The notes below the pieces were generated by a model. It saw only the letters and a program-made list of their open reading frames with translations. It was not told the origin of the DNA and searched no databases. Below, piece after piece: positions 38,199 through 51,123 of a stretch of DNA of 58,644 nucleotides; position 1 is the stretch's first letter; the number at the start of each line of letters is the position of its first letter. This DNA comes from Octopus sinensis. Its lineage: Eukaryota. Both the position numbers and the translations under genes were made by a program. The stretch spans positions 1-58,644 of the forward strand of contig NW_021833579.1 in NCBI RefSeq assembly GCF_006345805.1, given 5' to 3'.

Positions 38199-39160
38199 TA
38201 TGTTATACACACACACGCACTCACACTTAGACATGTAATTCTGACATGTAAGTGTCTGCATAGATATATCTGTGCGTATTCTCATGACCATGTGTGTATA
38301 TGTGTGTGTATGTCTCTGTGTGTCTGTGCCTGTATGCCTGTGTGTGTGAGTGTGCTTGTGAACGTGTGTGTATGTGTGTGAGTCTAGGGTACGAAAGCGA
38401 CTAGAATTTATAATTTTTGTTTTACTTATCGAAGTTGAATATCTATTCATTCATTAAAGTTTGGCGCCGATCACGATTACTTTAGAGGGATATTTAAATG
38501 AAAGAAACATCGATTTCTTTTTTTAAAAAACGACAATAACAAAGCTCAATAATGATTTTTAGTTTTGTTAAATTTGATCGTGTGGTCGTCATCTCGATCA
38601 TATTGTTTTTTCGTTTTGTTCTTTTCCTGGCGACGATTCGATTACTCTGTTGTTTATTCTCAAAATAACAAAAGTGCTCAATAATATTTTTTCAGCCGTG
38701 CAGAGCTGACACTTTTCTGTGCTGTTGATACAAGGTCTTGTATGTTTAATGTTGATCATTCAATCTTAATCAATACCTATCAGCCTCTATATGTGCATTG
38801 AGGAAGCCTTAGTGTTTCTTTTTACATTCTATCTGAAACAGAGCGTCTTTCTTCTAATTTTATTCCGGTAGCATCATGTCAAAAGGCGTTTAAGCTGCAC
38901 TACTTTTAAGATGCAGTTCCCGTAGGCATCCATATGTGTACATCAATCAGCACGTTCAGATTTCTCAACGGTTTGTATGGCCACCACATGCAGGTAACGG
39001 GCATTAACTCGCAGTCAATTACATCGCCTTTGGTACTTGACTTGTACATTATATTATACTATATTAGGATGAGAGATAAAGTCGACTTCGATGGGATTTG
39101 ATATCATGACATAAAAAGCTACATCTGGATATTGGACTTTTCCGAGTCTCTTATAATTCT

Positions 39161-39360
39161 TATTTCTTTATTGCCACATGGGGCTAAACATAGTGGGGAC
39201 AGACAAACGGATTAAGCCGATTAACTCGCACTTAATTTATCGACCCCGAAAGGATGAAAGGCAAAGTCGACCTCGGCGGAATTTAAACTCAGAACGTAAC
39301 GGCAGACGAAATACCCGCTAAGCATTTAACCCGGCGTGCTAACGTCTCTGCCAGCTCGCC
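39161..39360 (-). mobile_element. SINE family 1 variant with target-site duplication
   Basis: Flanked by the direct repeat GAGTCTCTTATAATTCT (39144-39160 and 39361-39377). Confidence 0.88.
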
Positions 39361-39800
39361 GAGTCTCTTATAATTCTGCTAATCCGCCGATTTCGTAAGA
39401 CTTATGGTTGAAGAAACGGTTTATTGGATCGACCCGGAAAGGATGAAAGGCAAAGTCGACCTCGGCGGAATTAAACTCAGAACGTAACGGCAGACGAACA
39501 TACCCGACGCTAAGCATTAAACCCGGCGTGCTAACGTCTCTGCCAGCTCGCCGAGTCTATAATTCTGCTAATCCGCGCCGATTTCGTAAGACTTATGGTT
39601 GAAGAAACGGTTTATTGGATCGACCCGGAAAGGATGAAAGGCAAAGTCGACCTCGGCGGAATTTGAACGCAGAACATAACGGCAGACGAAATACCCGCTA
39701 AGCATTTCACCCATCGTGCTAACGTCTCTGCCAACACGCCGAGTCTCTTATAATTCTGCTAATCCGCCAATTTCGTAAGACTTATGGTTGAAGAAACGGT
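39239..39800. repeat. Three tandem ~190-bp units (SINE 5' half plus flank)
   Basis: ATCGACCC.GAAAGGATG...GGTTGAAGAAACGGTTT occurs three times. Confidence 0.93.
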
Positions 39801-41017
39801 TTTTGGAAGTACCTTCGCTCATTTTGATGCAATTTCCTTCACCTTTGCCACTACTGCCTTTGGATATAACATTTGCTCGGTAAAACAATACTTTACATAA
39901 ACAATTGACAATTGTCTTCTATGTTTTATTCCACAGCAAGAATATATATTTGTTGTAATCTTGTAAATATATTTCGGTAAATCTAATGTTCTCCTTTTTT
40001 TGTTCTGCTGGTGTATTAGTAATATTGTCTCTCATGGCATTGATCCTAATATTTGTGCTAAGATGTAACGACAGTACATCTATGATATTATTGTTTAACT
40101 TCTCTATAAACTTTTCACTTGTTTCCAATAAACAAATTATTTTCTCTAAAATCTTATTATTTTCTTTTTAAACGTATTTATTCTCTGTGTTAGCTTTCAC
40201 CAGCTGAATAAGAATTTCTATAGTTTTAATAAGTTCGTGTTTATCTTTAATTATACGTTTTTGAATAGCTTTGCTACTTCTTTGAAATTTGCGAACTTTT
40301 ACTCGATTACATATTATTGATATATATATACTTTCTAACAGTCCTTTTGTATTTTCGATTTCAAAACCTTGTATTCACTATTATGTTTGTTTGTTTTTTT
40401 TCCCTTAAATATTAATTCTAGCTTCTTGTATTATTACACAAGCTTTTGTATGACTCACTTGATTTAGCTCAGAAGTATTTCTGTTATTCTTTTGAATTGT
40501 TGTTTCATCAAGACCATCATAGGTTTGTTTTGTGAATCTTTTATTATAATGTCATATTCAACTTTACTGTGTTATGATTCTTCACTGAAACTTAACAAGT
40601 TTTAGTTTCCCTTGTTTTCTCTTATTGTGTATTCAAAATACCAAAGCCGTTGCAATTATTTGCGTATTCCTATTATTACATCAAACCTTCCATTCTGTAG
40701 AAGGTTCATGACGAGCAAGAGTGATTACTGTCTTTTGGTAGACTTTATGTGCCGTTGAATATCAACTGAGCAGTTTTCTAGAACTCAGGATAACTTCCCA
40801 AAATGTCTGACCTAATAATGGGTCGTAGTCGGTTCGTGACAAACCATTCAGGCTTGACTAAGACGGGCTCTGACCGATAAAACAAGGCATTGGTGACTTC
40901 TAAAGTTATGTATAAAAGCTGGTGTTGCGTGTAGGAAATATCAGGCGCTAAGCTCCGTCCAGTCTGAAGATTGCCTCAAGTGGGGAGTTAGTTTTCTTGT
41001 TTCGCGGCTATGGGGGG
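39800..41017 (-). mobile_element. Highly decayed 5' part of an R4/Dong-like element
   Basis: Manual minus-strand translation gives ELNQVSHTKACVIIQEARI and QLVKAN...RENNLF...KFIEKL, paralleling LNQMAYVTAAAITEAKGI and QKIQAN...RQNKLF...KFYREL at 43940-44310. Confidence 0.55.
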
Positions 41018-41116
41018 GAGAAGAAGAAGAAGAAGAAGAAGAAGAAGAAGAAGAAGAAGAAGAAGAAGAAGAAAGAAGAAGAAGAAGAAGAAGAAGAAGA
41101 AGAAGAAGAAGAAGAC

Positions 41117-41240
41117 TAGGTTCAAATTTTGACAAAAGGTAAGTAATTTTAGGAGAGGGGTAAGTCGATCACATCGAGCCCAGCCCAGTGCTTAACTGTT
41201 ACTTATTTCATCGACTCGACCCCGAAATGAAGAAAGGGTT
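41117..41240 (-). mobile_element. SINE family 1, degraded 3' half
   Basis: AGTCGATCACATCGA...CCCAGTG...CGACCCCGAAA motifs. Confidence 0.65.
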
Positions 41241-41416
41241 CCACCTTCAAGGTCATGCGTTGTTTATCTTGATATGAGATCACCATGTCGCGCACATATG
41301 GTTGTGATCCATGTGCTTGGTGTACCCTTATGAAACGTGTAGTCATGATAGCTATACTGGGCTTCGTATATTTTACCCCAGTGTCACTTTGATGGTATGC
41401 ACAGCTCTCTCACTCG
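41240..41416 (+). mobile_element. 550-bp element, 5'-truncated
   Basis: Reverse complement of 20600-20770; ends CTCTCTCACTC followed by (AAT)n. Confidence 0.85.
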
Positions 41417-41435
41417 ATAATAATAATAATAATAA

Positions 41436-41466
<31 letters not shown>

Positions 41467-41579
41467 AAGAAGAAGAAGAAGAAGAAGAAGAAGAAGAAGA
41501 AGAAGAAGAAGAAGAAGAAGAAGAAGAAGAAGAAGAAGAAGAAGAAGAAGAAGAAGAAGAAGAAGATGATGATGATGAA

Positions 41580-42517
41580 GAAACAACAAAAGCTATAAAA
41601 CAAATGAAATCCAAACTAGAAATAGAACAGCAACGAACCATGATAAAACGATGGCAAGAAAAGCCCCTTCATGGTAAATACTGGACTAAACTAAACGCAA
41701 AATAAATAGACAAAGAAAAATCCCAGCAATGGTTGAGAAGCTCAGGACTCAAAGCAGAAACAGAGGGATTTTTAATTGCAGCACAAGACCAAAGCCTCAC
41801 CACCAGAAATTACCAAAAACATGTAATGAAAAGAAATATAACAAGTAACTGCAGAATATGTGGAGATGGACAAGAAACAATAAATCATATTATCTCTAGC
41901 TGCCCAGTCCTGGCTAAGAAGGAATATATTCACAGACATGACAGAGTTGGAACCTACATATATTGGAAGCTATGCCAACATTATGGAATAACAACAGAAA
42001 AAAAGATGGTATAGGCACACACCAGAAAAGGTCACAGAAAACGAGAAAGCAACCATACTCTGGGATATGCCGATACACACAGATAGAGAAATTAAGGCCA
42101 ACAGGCCAGATATAGTTGTCAGAGATCATGAAGGAAAAAAATGCTTTCTAATTGATGTATCAATACCGGCAGATGACGACGTGTCTCTAAAAGAAATGGA
42201 GAAACTCTCAAAATACAAAGACCTGGAAATAGAGGTAACCAGAATGTGGAATCTAAAAACAGAAACAATTCCTATCATAGTAGGTGCATTAGGCATGATA
42301 AAAAAATATTCAGACAAATACATAACAAAAACACCAGGACTTACAAACACATATAACATACAGAAAATTGCACTACTAGGCACCGCACACATCCTACGCA
42401 GAACACTTTCCATACAATAACCATCAGAGCATCACAACAAATCACAGCACATACCCAAGGCACACAGAGCTGCACTCGGTAGTGAAGTGAAAGCACGCTA
42501 TAAAAATAAAACTACTG
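41580..42517 (+). mobile_element. R4/Dong-clade retrotransposon, 5'-truncated (lineage C)
   Basis: ETEGFLIAAQDQSL, CRIC-x8-H-x4-C, RHD, RPDIVV...LIDVSIP...EKLSKY; one frameshift at an A-run near 42000; (AAT)n tail. Confidence 0.92.
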
Positions 42518-42544
42518 AATAATAATAATAATAATGTTAATAAT

Positions 42545-42646
42545 ACACAACACATACCCAAGGCATACAGAACTGCACTCGGTAGTGCAGTCAAAGAACG
42601 TGATAAAAAATAAGATAAGTGATTGCATGCACTGCTCTCTCACTCA
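42545..42646 (+). mobile_element. Stacked short 3' stubs: lineage C terminus, then 550-bp element terminus
   Basis: CACATACCCAAGGCA.ACAGA.CTGCACTCGGTAGTG repeats 42448-42484; then GCATGCACTGCTCTCTCACTC. Confidence 0.75.
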
Positions 42647-42648
42647 AT

Positions 42649-42730
<82 letters not shown>

Positions 42731-44982
42731 GGGCATATGGGGTATTTATTAGTGATAGTACTTCTGTTCACCATCTGTCGCATGCCAAGAGCATGGATGA
42801 TGATCACTAGTTCACAACAAAAGCTCAACTCTCACTTATGACTCCAAGTAACCGGTTGTGCACGCCGGTGGTCATGCCCCGGGACCTCCACTCGACAGTG
42901 GTGCTAAACTGAGGGGCAACAGAAGTTAGACTGCTGTTGTGGCTGAAGGGATACCTTCCCATAAGTGCATGAAGTCTGAGACGGTGGAGAGAGCGGATGA
43001 CCCAGAGAGTCAGATGGACAACGGCTTTAAAGGCGGAGCCAGCAATGTGTGTGATACGCATAGGGCACACTCAGGTACCCAAGGAGTATGTAGCCAATCA
43101 CCATGAATATACCCAGTAGCTAACCAATAATGGATAAAGTCAGTAAAAACAATCCATACCGCATCGCTCGTCTCGCGGGTCAACAAGGAGCGCAGTTCCT
43201 ATTTTCTCTGTATTTCTTCTTTAAGTTCCAAGTAGTGAGAAGATAGGCTGGGAGCGAAAAGTTGGTTACTGATTCGAACTCTACCCACACCCGGGCAACT
43301 GTGGGCAACTTAACCGAGGAAAACCTCAACCTGAGCCCCATCGATGCAAGTCATACTACACGCAAAAAAAAACCTAGAACTAAATGGAATCAGGACGAGT
43401 ATAAACTTGCAATGGAAGCATACTATACGGCGGTAGTCACACCATCAGAAGATAACACGACAAGAAGGACATCAATTATGAAGACAACAAAACCCAACTT
43501 CAAAGTTAAATGTGGATCCCAACAAGTTAGGGAATGTCCGAAGAGATATCATTAAAAACAGGAGGCTCAGACACTGAGCTGGAAGAAATAAAAGAAAAGT
43601 CAATGATCTAACCGTATAATACCAAATACAAATGAAATAGAAATAAGGACTACAGAAAACCAAAAAGAGGATGTATTTGAGGAGCCCTCTGTGGGTAATG
43701 AGGTAGAAGAACCTGTAAAGCAACCAACAGCACGAAACAGTGACATTGATAGGGAGAAATATTTGGAACTAAAAGAAGAAATACAGAGAAATGGGAACAG
43801 GTAAAAACACAAGACACCACAGACAGAGAGCCCCTACCAAAAGTCAGTAAGGCTAAGAACCTGAAGGAGTTGATTAAAATTAGCAAAAATGTAATAGATG
43901 CGATAAAATCAACAACAATAGAACCACTAAATATAACATAGCTAAACCAAATGGCCTATGTTACAGCTGCAGCTATTACTGAAGCAAAAGGCATAAAACT
44001 AAAAATGAAAACTGCTCAACAGAAGAAAAGACAACCAAAATGGAAAGAAAACTTAGAAATGGATATACAATGGATGAGAAGCGACCTATCAATACTAACC
44101 GAAATAAGTAACGGAAACCAGGTCAACCTAAGAAAAGCCAAGAAAATATGCAAAAAGCATGGGATCAAACAAAAAGAGGAAATACCTGAAGCAAAAGAAA
44201 ACCTAGAGCAAAAAATCCAAGCAAATGCACAACGACGATATATAAAGAGAAGCAAACAATTTAGACAGAACAAATTATTCAAAGATGGAAAGAAATTTTA
44301 CAGGGAACTCGGTAAACAACAAATGAAAGTTGAGCAACCGCCAAAGAAAGAGGATATGGAAAGAAAGAGGATAAGAAAGAGGATATGGAGTATGATATGG
44401 AAAAAGAAAAACAACATAATGAAATGGATTAAGGAACAAGAAACGCTCCTGGAAAATAAAGAAGTACAGGAATGGGAAGATATTCAAAAGGAGGAGGTCA
44501 CCCTGGCCCTGAAAAAGGCCAGCAATTGGAAGTCACCGGGAATAGATCGAGTACCAAACTTCTGGATCAAATAGATAGTTAATATATATGGTGATATGTC
44601 ATCAGTATACAATGAAATCTTGAAAAAAAACAGAAAACAGTCCAGACTGGTTGACACAGGGAGTGACATAGCTAATACCAAATGGCACAGAAAACCCAAA
44701 GAACTATAGACCAAGCACCTGTCTACCAACAATGTATAAAATATTAACATCTGTAATCACTGAAAGAACATACACATTCCTAGAAAAAAACAACCTACTA
44801 CCACTAGGACAAAAAGATTGTCGAAGAGGGAGCTACGGATGTAAGGATCAATTACTGATAAACAAAATGATCCTTGAAGACTGCAAAACCAGGAAAACGA
44901 ACCTGAGCACATCTCATGGACCGACTATAAAAAAGCGTTCGATAGTGTACCTCACTCATGGATTCTGAAAGTGATGGAAGTA

Positions 44983-46273
44983 CGAGGGACGTTCAATAAG
45001 TAATTCCCCTTACCCACGTGCAGTTATTTGATCTAGCTGAAATTTTGCATGTACAATTATTTATATCTCTATAGAGTAAGTGGCAAATTACAGCTCTGGA
45101 CTAATTGTGGTTTCTGATTTACAGGTGTTTGAACTGAGTCAAGTATGAAATGGAGCCTGTTGAGTGTCGAGCAGTGATCCGGTTTTTGTATTTGAAAGGA
45201 CGCACACCACGGAAGACTTTTGATGAAATGAAAGTAACTTATGGTGATGATGCTCCATCATATGACCTTGTAAAACGCTGGCATCGTGAATTTAAACATG
45301 GTCGGAACTCTGTGGAAACAGCTCCCAGATCTGGTCACACCCCTTCTGCCATTGATGAGGCATCTGTCCGTCAAGTTGAGGCTGCCATTTTGGAAGATCG
45401 ACGCATAACTATTCGCCAAATAGCCCATGAGGTCAAGATTGTACCGGGTCTGTGGAAACTATCATTCATGAACATTTTCATATTCAAAATGTGTCTGCAA
45501 GATAGATTCCCAGGTTGCTCACACATTTCCAGAAGCAAGAACGCGTCGATTGCTCGAGGATGAATTTGGAGATGTGCCAAGAAGATGAGTCAAAATTTTT
45601 CAAAAGACTGATTACACAGGATGAAACCTGGGTCCATCACTATGATCCAGAGACCAAAGCCCAGTCAATGCAGTGGAAGCACCGTGACTCACCTCCTCCA
45701 AAGAATGTAAGTGTGCAGCCCTCCGCTGGCAAGGTCATGCTCACAGTCTTCTGGGACCAGGACGGAGTAGTGATGACAGATTTCCTGGCAAAGGGTACCA
45801 CAATTACAGGAGCCTATTATGCTTCACTTTTAAGGAATTTAAAAGAAGCTATCAAAATCAAGAGGCGGGGCAAGATCAGCAAAGGCATCCTCCTCCTGCA
45901 GGACAACGCTCCGGTCCACAACTCGCTTGTCGCCAGATCAGAAGCACAGGCGTGCGGCTATGAACTCCACCCCCATCCCCCTACTCTCTTGACCTTGCAC
46001 CCTCTGATGTTCACCTCTTCCCAGCCATGAAGTTATTTTTGAAAGGAATGCGTTTCCCAGATGATGCAGCCTTGATTTCTGAAGTCACGTCGTGGTTGGA
46101 GGACCAAGCTGGGGTCTCCTACAAAAACGGTCTCCAGAGCTGCATCAAACGATGGGACAAATGCGTAACTCTGGATAGTTCCTATGTAGAAAAAGACTAA
46201 TAACTGTGCCAAGTTTCCTTGCTCTACTGCTATGGAAAGTGGGTCAGGGGCATTACTTATTGAACGCCCCTCG
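44983..46273 (+). mobile_element. mariner (DD34D) DNA transposon, full length, same family as 24647-25908
   Basis: TIRs CGAGGG.CGTTCAATAAGTAAT, TA duplication, transposase 45150-46200. Confidence 0.97.
45150..46200 (+). pseudogene. mariner transposase, frameshifted
   Basis: HTH region, TQDETW, QDNAPVH, YSLDLAPSDVHLF; frameshifts near 45440 and 45975. Confidence 0.93.
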
Positions 46274-46310
46274 TATCCAAAGTATCCCCAACTCTCATCA
46301 AGTTTATAAT

Positions 46311-47320
46311 TTCAGTGTTTCAGTGTAGTTTGTTTCTGTTTTGTATTGTATCGCCTCCTTGTCGAAAGAGAAAAGTGTTTATTTTTCGTATTTCATTATT
46401 ACATAAAGTAGTTGCCTACTTATTATTTCTAAGTATTTTTCTAGACCAACTGTAGTTATTTTACGGTAATTCCCTATTTGTGTTAGGATGTGTCCCCCTT
46501 CTGAGTAAGGTAGGTGTATTCTGCAAGTGTCTGCTTTGGGAGATGACTTCGATATGCTGCTAATACTTTCCTGGTTTTTCTGTTTCTAAATTCACTAATC
46601 TTCCAGGTTATATTTGTAAAATGTAACTTACGACTGGTATGGCTAGCGCATTCATCCCCTATTATCTTCTTTTGGGATTCAGGTATGTTTTTGATGTTAC
46701 TCTAACTCTTCAGTAATATTCTTTCTTAATTTTCTTTCATTTTTATGTATTGTATTTTAGCCATTTCGTCTATTCCGAGATTGTGGGAGACTGTGGTCTA
46801 ATTCTCTGACTTTTGTATCCCTTTCGAGTGCAGTGCTTTCGGTGTGGGATTAATTTGCTTCTTCTTAATGTCATTTTGACACATTTGCCCATTCATTTTC
46901 TTATCCTGATGTCTGCTGAAACTATTCACAGATTTTAGAATGTTTTCCTGTTGAATGATATTCTTAATAAAAAAATTTTAATCATCTATATATTGATGAT
47001 TTATAGTTTGTCCGTAGCATCTGTAACCCATAGTAGTCTCATTCAACAAGTTTGTTAGTGAGGTCGGAGCAAGGCGGAAAAGCGGAGCGACAGTAAGTCT
47101 CCTTGGAAAATTACTCTTCTTATCACTGAACGACAGATTTTAATTGTTTTTGACTCATTTTCTATTATTATGCTGGTCTTCCAGTTTCCCATTGCATGAC
47201 TGGTATCTTTAAGTAATGCTGCATTACTTTATTTATGTGGAAAGACTCCAGTATTTATGAGAGTAGAACGCTGTGGAACGCCTTGTGGTAGTCAATCCAA
47301 GCATTACTGTGATATATTTT
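46311..47320 (-). mobile_element. Decayed RT-domain fragment of an R4/Dong-like element
   Basis: Minus strand AWIDYHKAFHSV and IRRVIFQGD motifs. Confidence 0.75.
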
Positions 47321-47388
47321 TCACTCTTCGCAGGCTTCTATTACTACTACTACTGCTACTGCCACTACTACTATTACTACTATCATTC

Positions 47389-47440
<52 letters not shown>

Positions 47441-47459
47441 CATTATTATTATTATTATT

Positions 47460-47924
47460 GAGTGAGTGAGAGAGCAGTGCATGCCATCAAAGTAACACCG
47501 GGTATACTTATCATGACTATCCGTCTGATAAGTCTACAACAGGCATATGCATCACAACCATATGTGTGCGACATGGTGAACTCATATTAAGATAAGTAGC
47601 GCATGACTCTGCAGGTGGGACCCAGTTAGAATTTTCTTTGGGTCGGGTAACCCATCCCGCTCAAAAGGTCCCTGAATAAGGATTGTTTAAGGATGTTGAA
47701 CGAACCACCCATGTTTCCAAATGTGAATTATCCAAATCCCAAAGAATTCCTTTCAACACACGGCTATGATGCACCCCGACTACTTCCGCTTGTAATCAGA
47801 GATGCACATATCGTCAGCCACTAAGGGATATGCTCAACTGGTTAAGGTCAAACAACTGACAAGCAAATCTGTGGTATTGAGCACAATATTTACTGTAGCC
47901 CATCTTTTATACCAAGACAAATCA
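47460..47924 (-). mobile_element. 550-bp element, 5'-truncated
   Basis: Colinear with 20600-21070; (ATT)n on both sides. Confidence 0.88.
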
Positions 47925-47925
47925 A

Positions 47926-47995
<70 letters not shown>

Positions 47996-48208
47996 GAGTC
48001 GACGAACTAGCAGAATCGTTAGCACACCGGGAGAAATGCTTTACGGTATTGCGTCTGCCACTACGTTCTGAGTTCAAATTGCGCCTAGATCGACTTTACA
48101 TTTCATCCTTTTGGGGTCGATAAATTAAGTACTAGCTGAGTACTGGAGTCGATGTAACTGATTAGTCTTCTCCCAAAAATTTCAGAATTCTCCCATTAGT
48201 AGAAAGGA
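47996..48208 (+). mobile_element. SINE family 1
   Basis: Family-1 consensus. Confidence 0.88.
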
Positions 48209-48229
48209 TTATTATTTATATTATTATTA

Positions 48230-48277
<48 letters not shown>

Positions 48278-48292
48278 TATTATTATTATTAC

Positions 48293-48343
<51 letters not shown>

Positions 48344-48548
48344 GGCGGTGAGCTCGTAGAATCGTAATTATGCCGGGAAAAGTGCTTAGCGGCATTTCGC
48401 CCATCCTTATGTTTTGAGTTCAAATTCTGCCGAGGTTCATTTTGCCTTTCATCCTTCCAGGGTCGATGAAGTAAATACCAGTTACGCACTGGGGCGATAT
48501 AATCGACTTACCCTCCTCCCCCGAACTTCCTAGCCCTGTGCCAACATT
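48344..48548 (+). mobile_element. SINE family 1
   Basis: Family-1 consensus. Confidence 0.88.
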
Positions 48549-48579
48549 TAAAATAAGTAGTAGTAGTAGTAGTAGTAGT

Positions 48580-48649
<70 letters not shown>

Positions 48650-48650
48650 A

Positions 48651-48685
<35 letters not shown>

Positions 48686-48944
48686 TTATTGTTATTATTT
48701 TGTTTTTCACTCTCTCTGAGTATATTTATTCTCTTATTTCCTTTCAAATGTCTCCTGGTATATGAGTATGTGTCTGTGTGTATGTATGATGTGGTTAATG
48801 GCGGAGGTGGTCGTAGTGGTGGGGGTGGTGGCAGTAATGGTGGTGGTGGTCGTCGTCGTCGTCGTTGTGGTTGCGGTTGTGGTGTTGGTAGTAGAGACAG
48901 AGATAACGATAAGCAACAATTGCACAAGGGACTACACAATCAAA

Positions 48945-49146
48945 ATATATACATATGCCAATATAAGTTGTGCGTGTGTATGTGTGCGTGTATATACATA
49001 CATATATACATATATATGTATATATATATATATTATATATATATATATATATATTAATGCATGCATATGTATATGTATAGTTATATACATGTATATATGC
49101 ATATATCTATAAATGCATATATATAAATAAATATATATATATATAT

Positions 49147-49177
<31 letters not shown>

Positions 49178-49337
49178 ATATATATATATATACATACATA
49201 TATATGCATATATATATATACATATATATGTGAGTGTGTGTGCCTACATGTGTATATATATATATAATATATATATATATACTATATATATATATATATA
49301 TATATAGATATATATATATATAGATATATATATATTA

Positions 49338-49379
<42 letters not shown>

Positions 49380-49442
49380 TATATATTATTATATATATAT
49401 ATATATAGATATATATATATATAATATATATATATATATATG

Positions 49443-49509
<67 letters not shown>

Positions 49510-49665
49510 ATATAATATTATATATATATATATATACTTGTATATTTATATAATGCCCGAAATACACCATAGACATCGTCATCCTTGTAAATTTTCTATT
49601 GGTTTAATGCTCTTATATATTTTCTATTTGCGATATTTTCTTTAATTCTATATATATATATACAT

Positions 49666-49717
<52 letters not shown>

Positions 49718-49745
49718 GTATATATGCATATATATATATATATAT

Positions 49746-49791
<46 letters not shown>

Positions 49792-49840
49792 CACACATAT
49801 GTGTATAAATATATATATATATATATACACATATATATAT

Positions 49841-49871
<31 letters not shown>

Positions 49872-49980
49872 GTATATATATATATATATATATATACATA
49901 CATACTACACATACATAGGTGCACACAATAAGTGTCTATGAGTGCGTGAGTGTATGTGCGTGCATGCGTGTGTGTGTGTA
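48945..49980. repeat. Long (TA)n-dominated microsatellite field
   Basis: Read directly. Confidence 0.95.
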
Positions 49981-50073
49981 TAAACAGATAGACATTCTCG
50001 TATTCCGGCTGTCTAGACAGTATTATTGTCACGTCTCACAATCAATGTGCAATAATTTTTTGCCCAGTGGTTC

Positions 50074-50079
50074 AGTAGC

Positions 50080-50128
<49 letters not shown>

Positions 50129-50449
50129 ATGGTGGTTGTTGTGTTTGTAGTAGGAGGAAGTGGTGGTGGTGGTGGTGGTGGTGGTGGTGGTGGTGGTGGC
50201 GGCGGCGGTGGTGGTGGTGGTGGTGGTGGTGGCGGTGCTGGTGGTGATGTTGTTGGGGGTGCTGGTGGTGCTGCTGCAGCTTCTTGTACTGCTGGTGCTG
50301 GTGGTGGTGCTGGTGCTGGTGTTGGCGTTGATGATGGTTATAATGATGAGGGCGGTGGTAGATTTGATGCTAATAACAATGTGTAGGATGAACACGGTTA
50401 TGACAATTGTTGCTGTTGTTGTTGATGTTATTACTATTATTATTATTAC

Positions 50450-50500
<51 letters not shown>

Positions 50501-50620
50501 TATTATTATTATTATTACTACTATTATTATTATTATTATTATTGTTATTATTATTATTATTATTACTATTACTATTATTATTATTATTATTTTGTTGTTG
50601 TTGTTGCTGTTGTTGTTACT
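50074..50620. repeat. (GTA)n-(GGT)n-(ATT)n-(GTT)n compound trinucleotide tract
   Basis: Read directly. Confidence 0.93.
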
Positions 50621-51059
50621 TCAGTGTGCTCTTACTTGTTAGTGTTACGTATTTTCGTTGCACAGTTAGGTACATCATTGTGTGTGTTTTCAGAGTCAAT
50701 GTTTTATTTTCATATTCCCTATTGTGTCAGCTCGACATAATGCTGGGTGCGAAAAAACACCTTCTCAGATTCACCATTCATGATAAACATTTCAAATGTT
50801 ATGGCACGCTGTGCGACGGTTCAAATCATAAGCAAATCTAAGAAAAACAATAAAATATTGGCTATAAGATGATAGTGTTAACAACTGCCTAACATTACTA
50901 GCTTTACATAGAATGCCGTGTAAAATGTGGGAGGTTTTTCTGCTGCAGGTTATGTATGTGTATTGTGTTAAATGTTCCACTGGGAATATATCTAAGTGTT
51001 GAAGTTTCGATTTTGTATTTGTCTGCACGCTTTTAATTCCCTCCATAACACTTATAGTA

Positions 51060-51119
<60 letters not shown>

Positions 51120-51123
51120 TATA

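Larger units (their letters stand above)
42730..46310 (+). mobile_element. R4/Dong-clade element 5' half (5' UTR, N-terminal region, start of RT), interrupted by mariner (lineage D)
   Basis: NWKSPGIDRVPNFWIK, YKILT, GCKDQLLINKMI, DYKKAFDSVPHSWI; frame resumes after the mariner (MEV-SKVSPTLIKFI). Confidence 0.88.

Noticed and set aside
38460-38690. Weak ~165-bp-spaced direct repeat (TGGCG.CGAT..CGATTACT)
   Set aside because: Only short patches match and no structure or family could be assigned.
39239-39800. CRISPR-like array
   Set aside because: Whole units repeat with no unique spacers; it is SINE-derived, eukaryotic context, and there are no cas genes.
44900-47320. Twin-priming inversion of a single LINE
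   Set aside because: The plus and minus pieces both cover the DYxKAF region with different sequences, so they are two elements.
49919-50386. Gly/Ala/Val-rich 155-aa ORF resembling a structural protein
   Set aside because: It is built from (GTA)n and (GGT)n tracts continuous with neighbouring trinucleotide repeats and is open in several frames.
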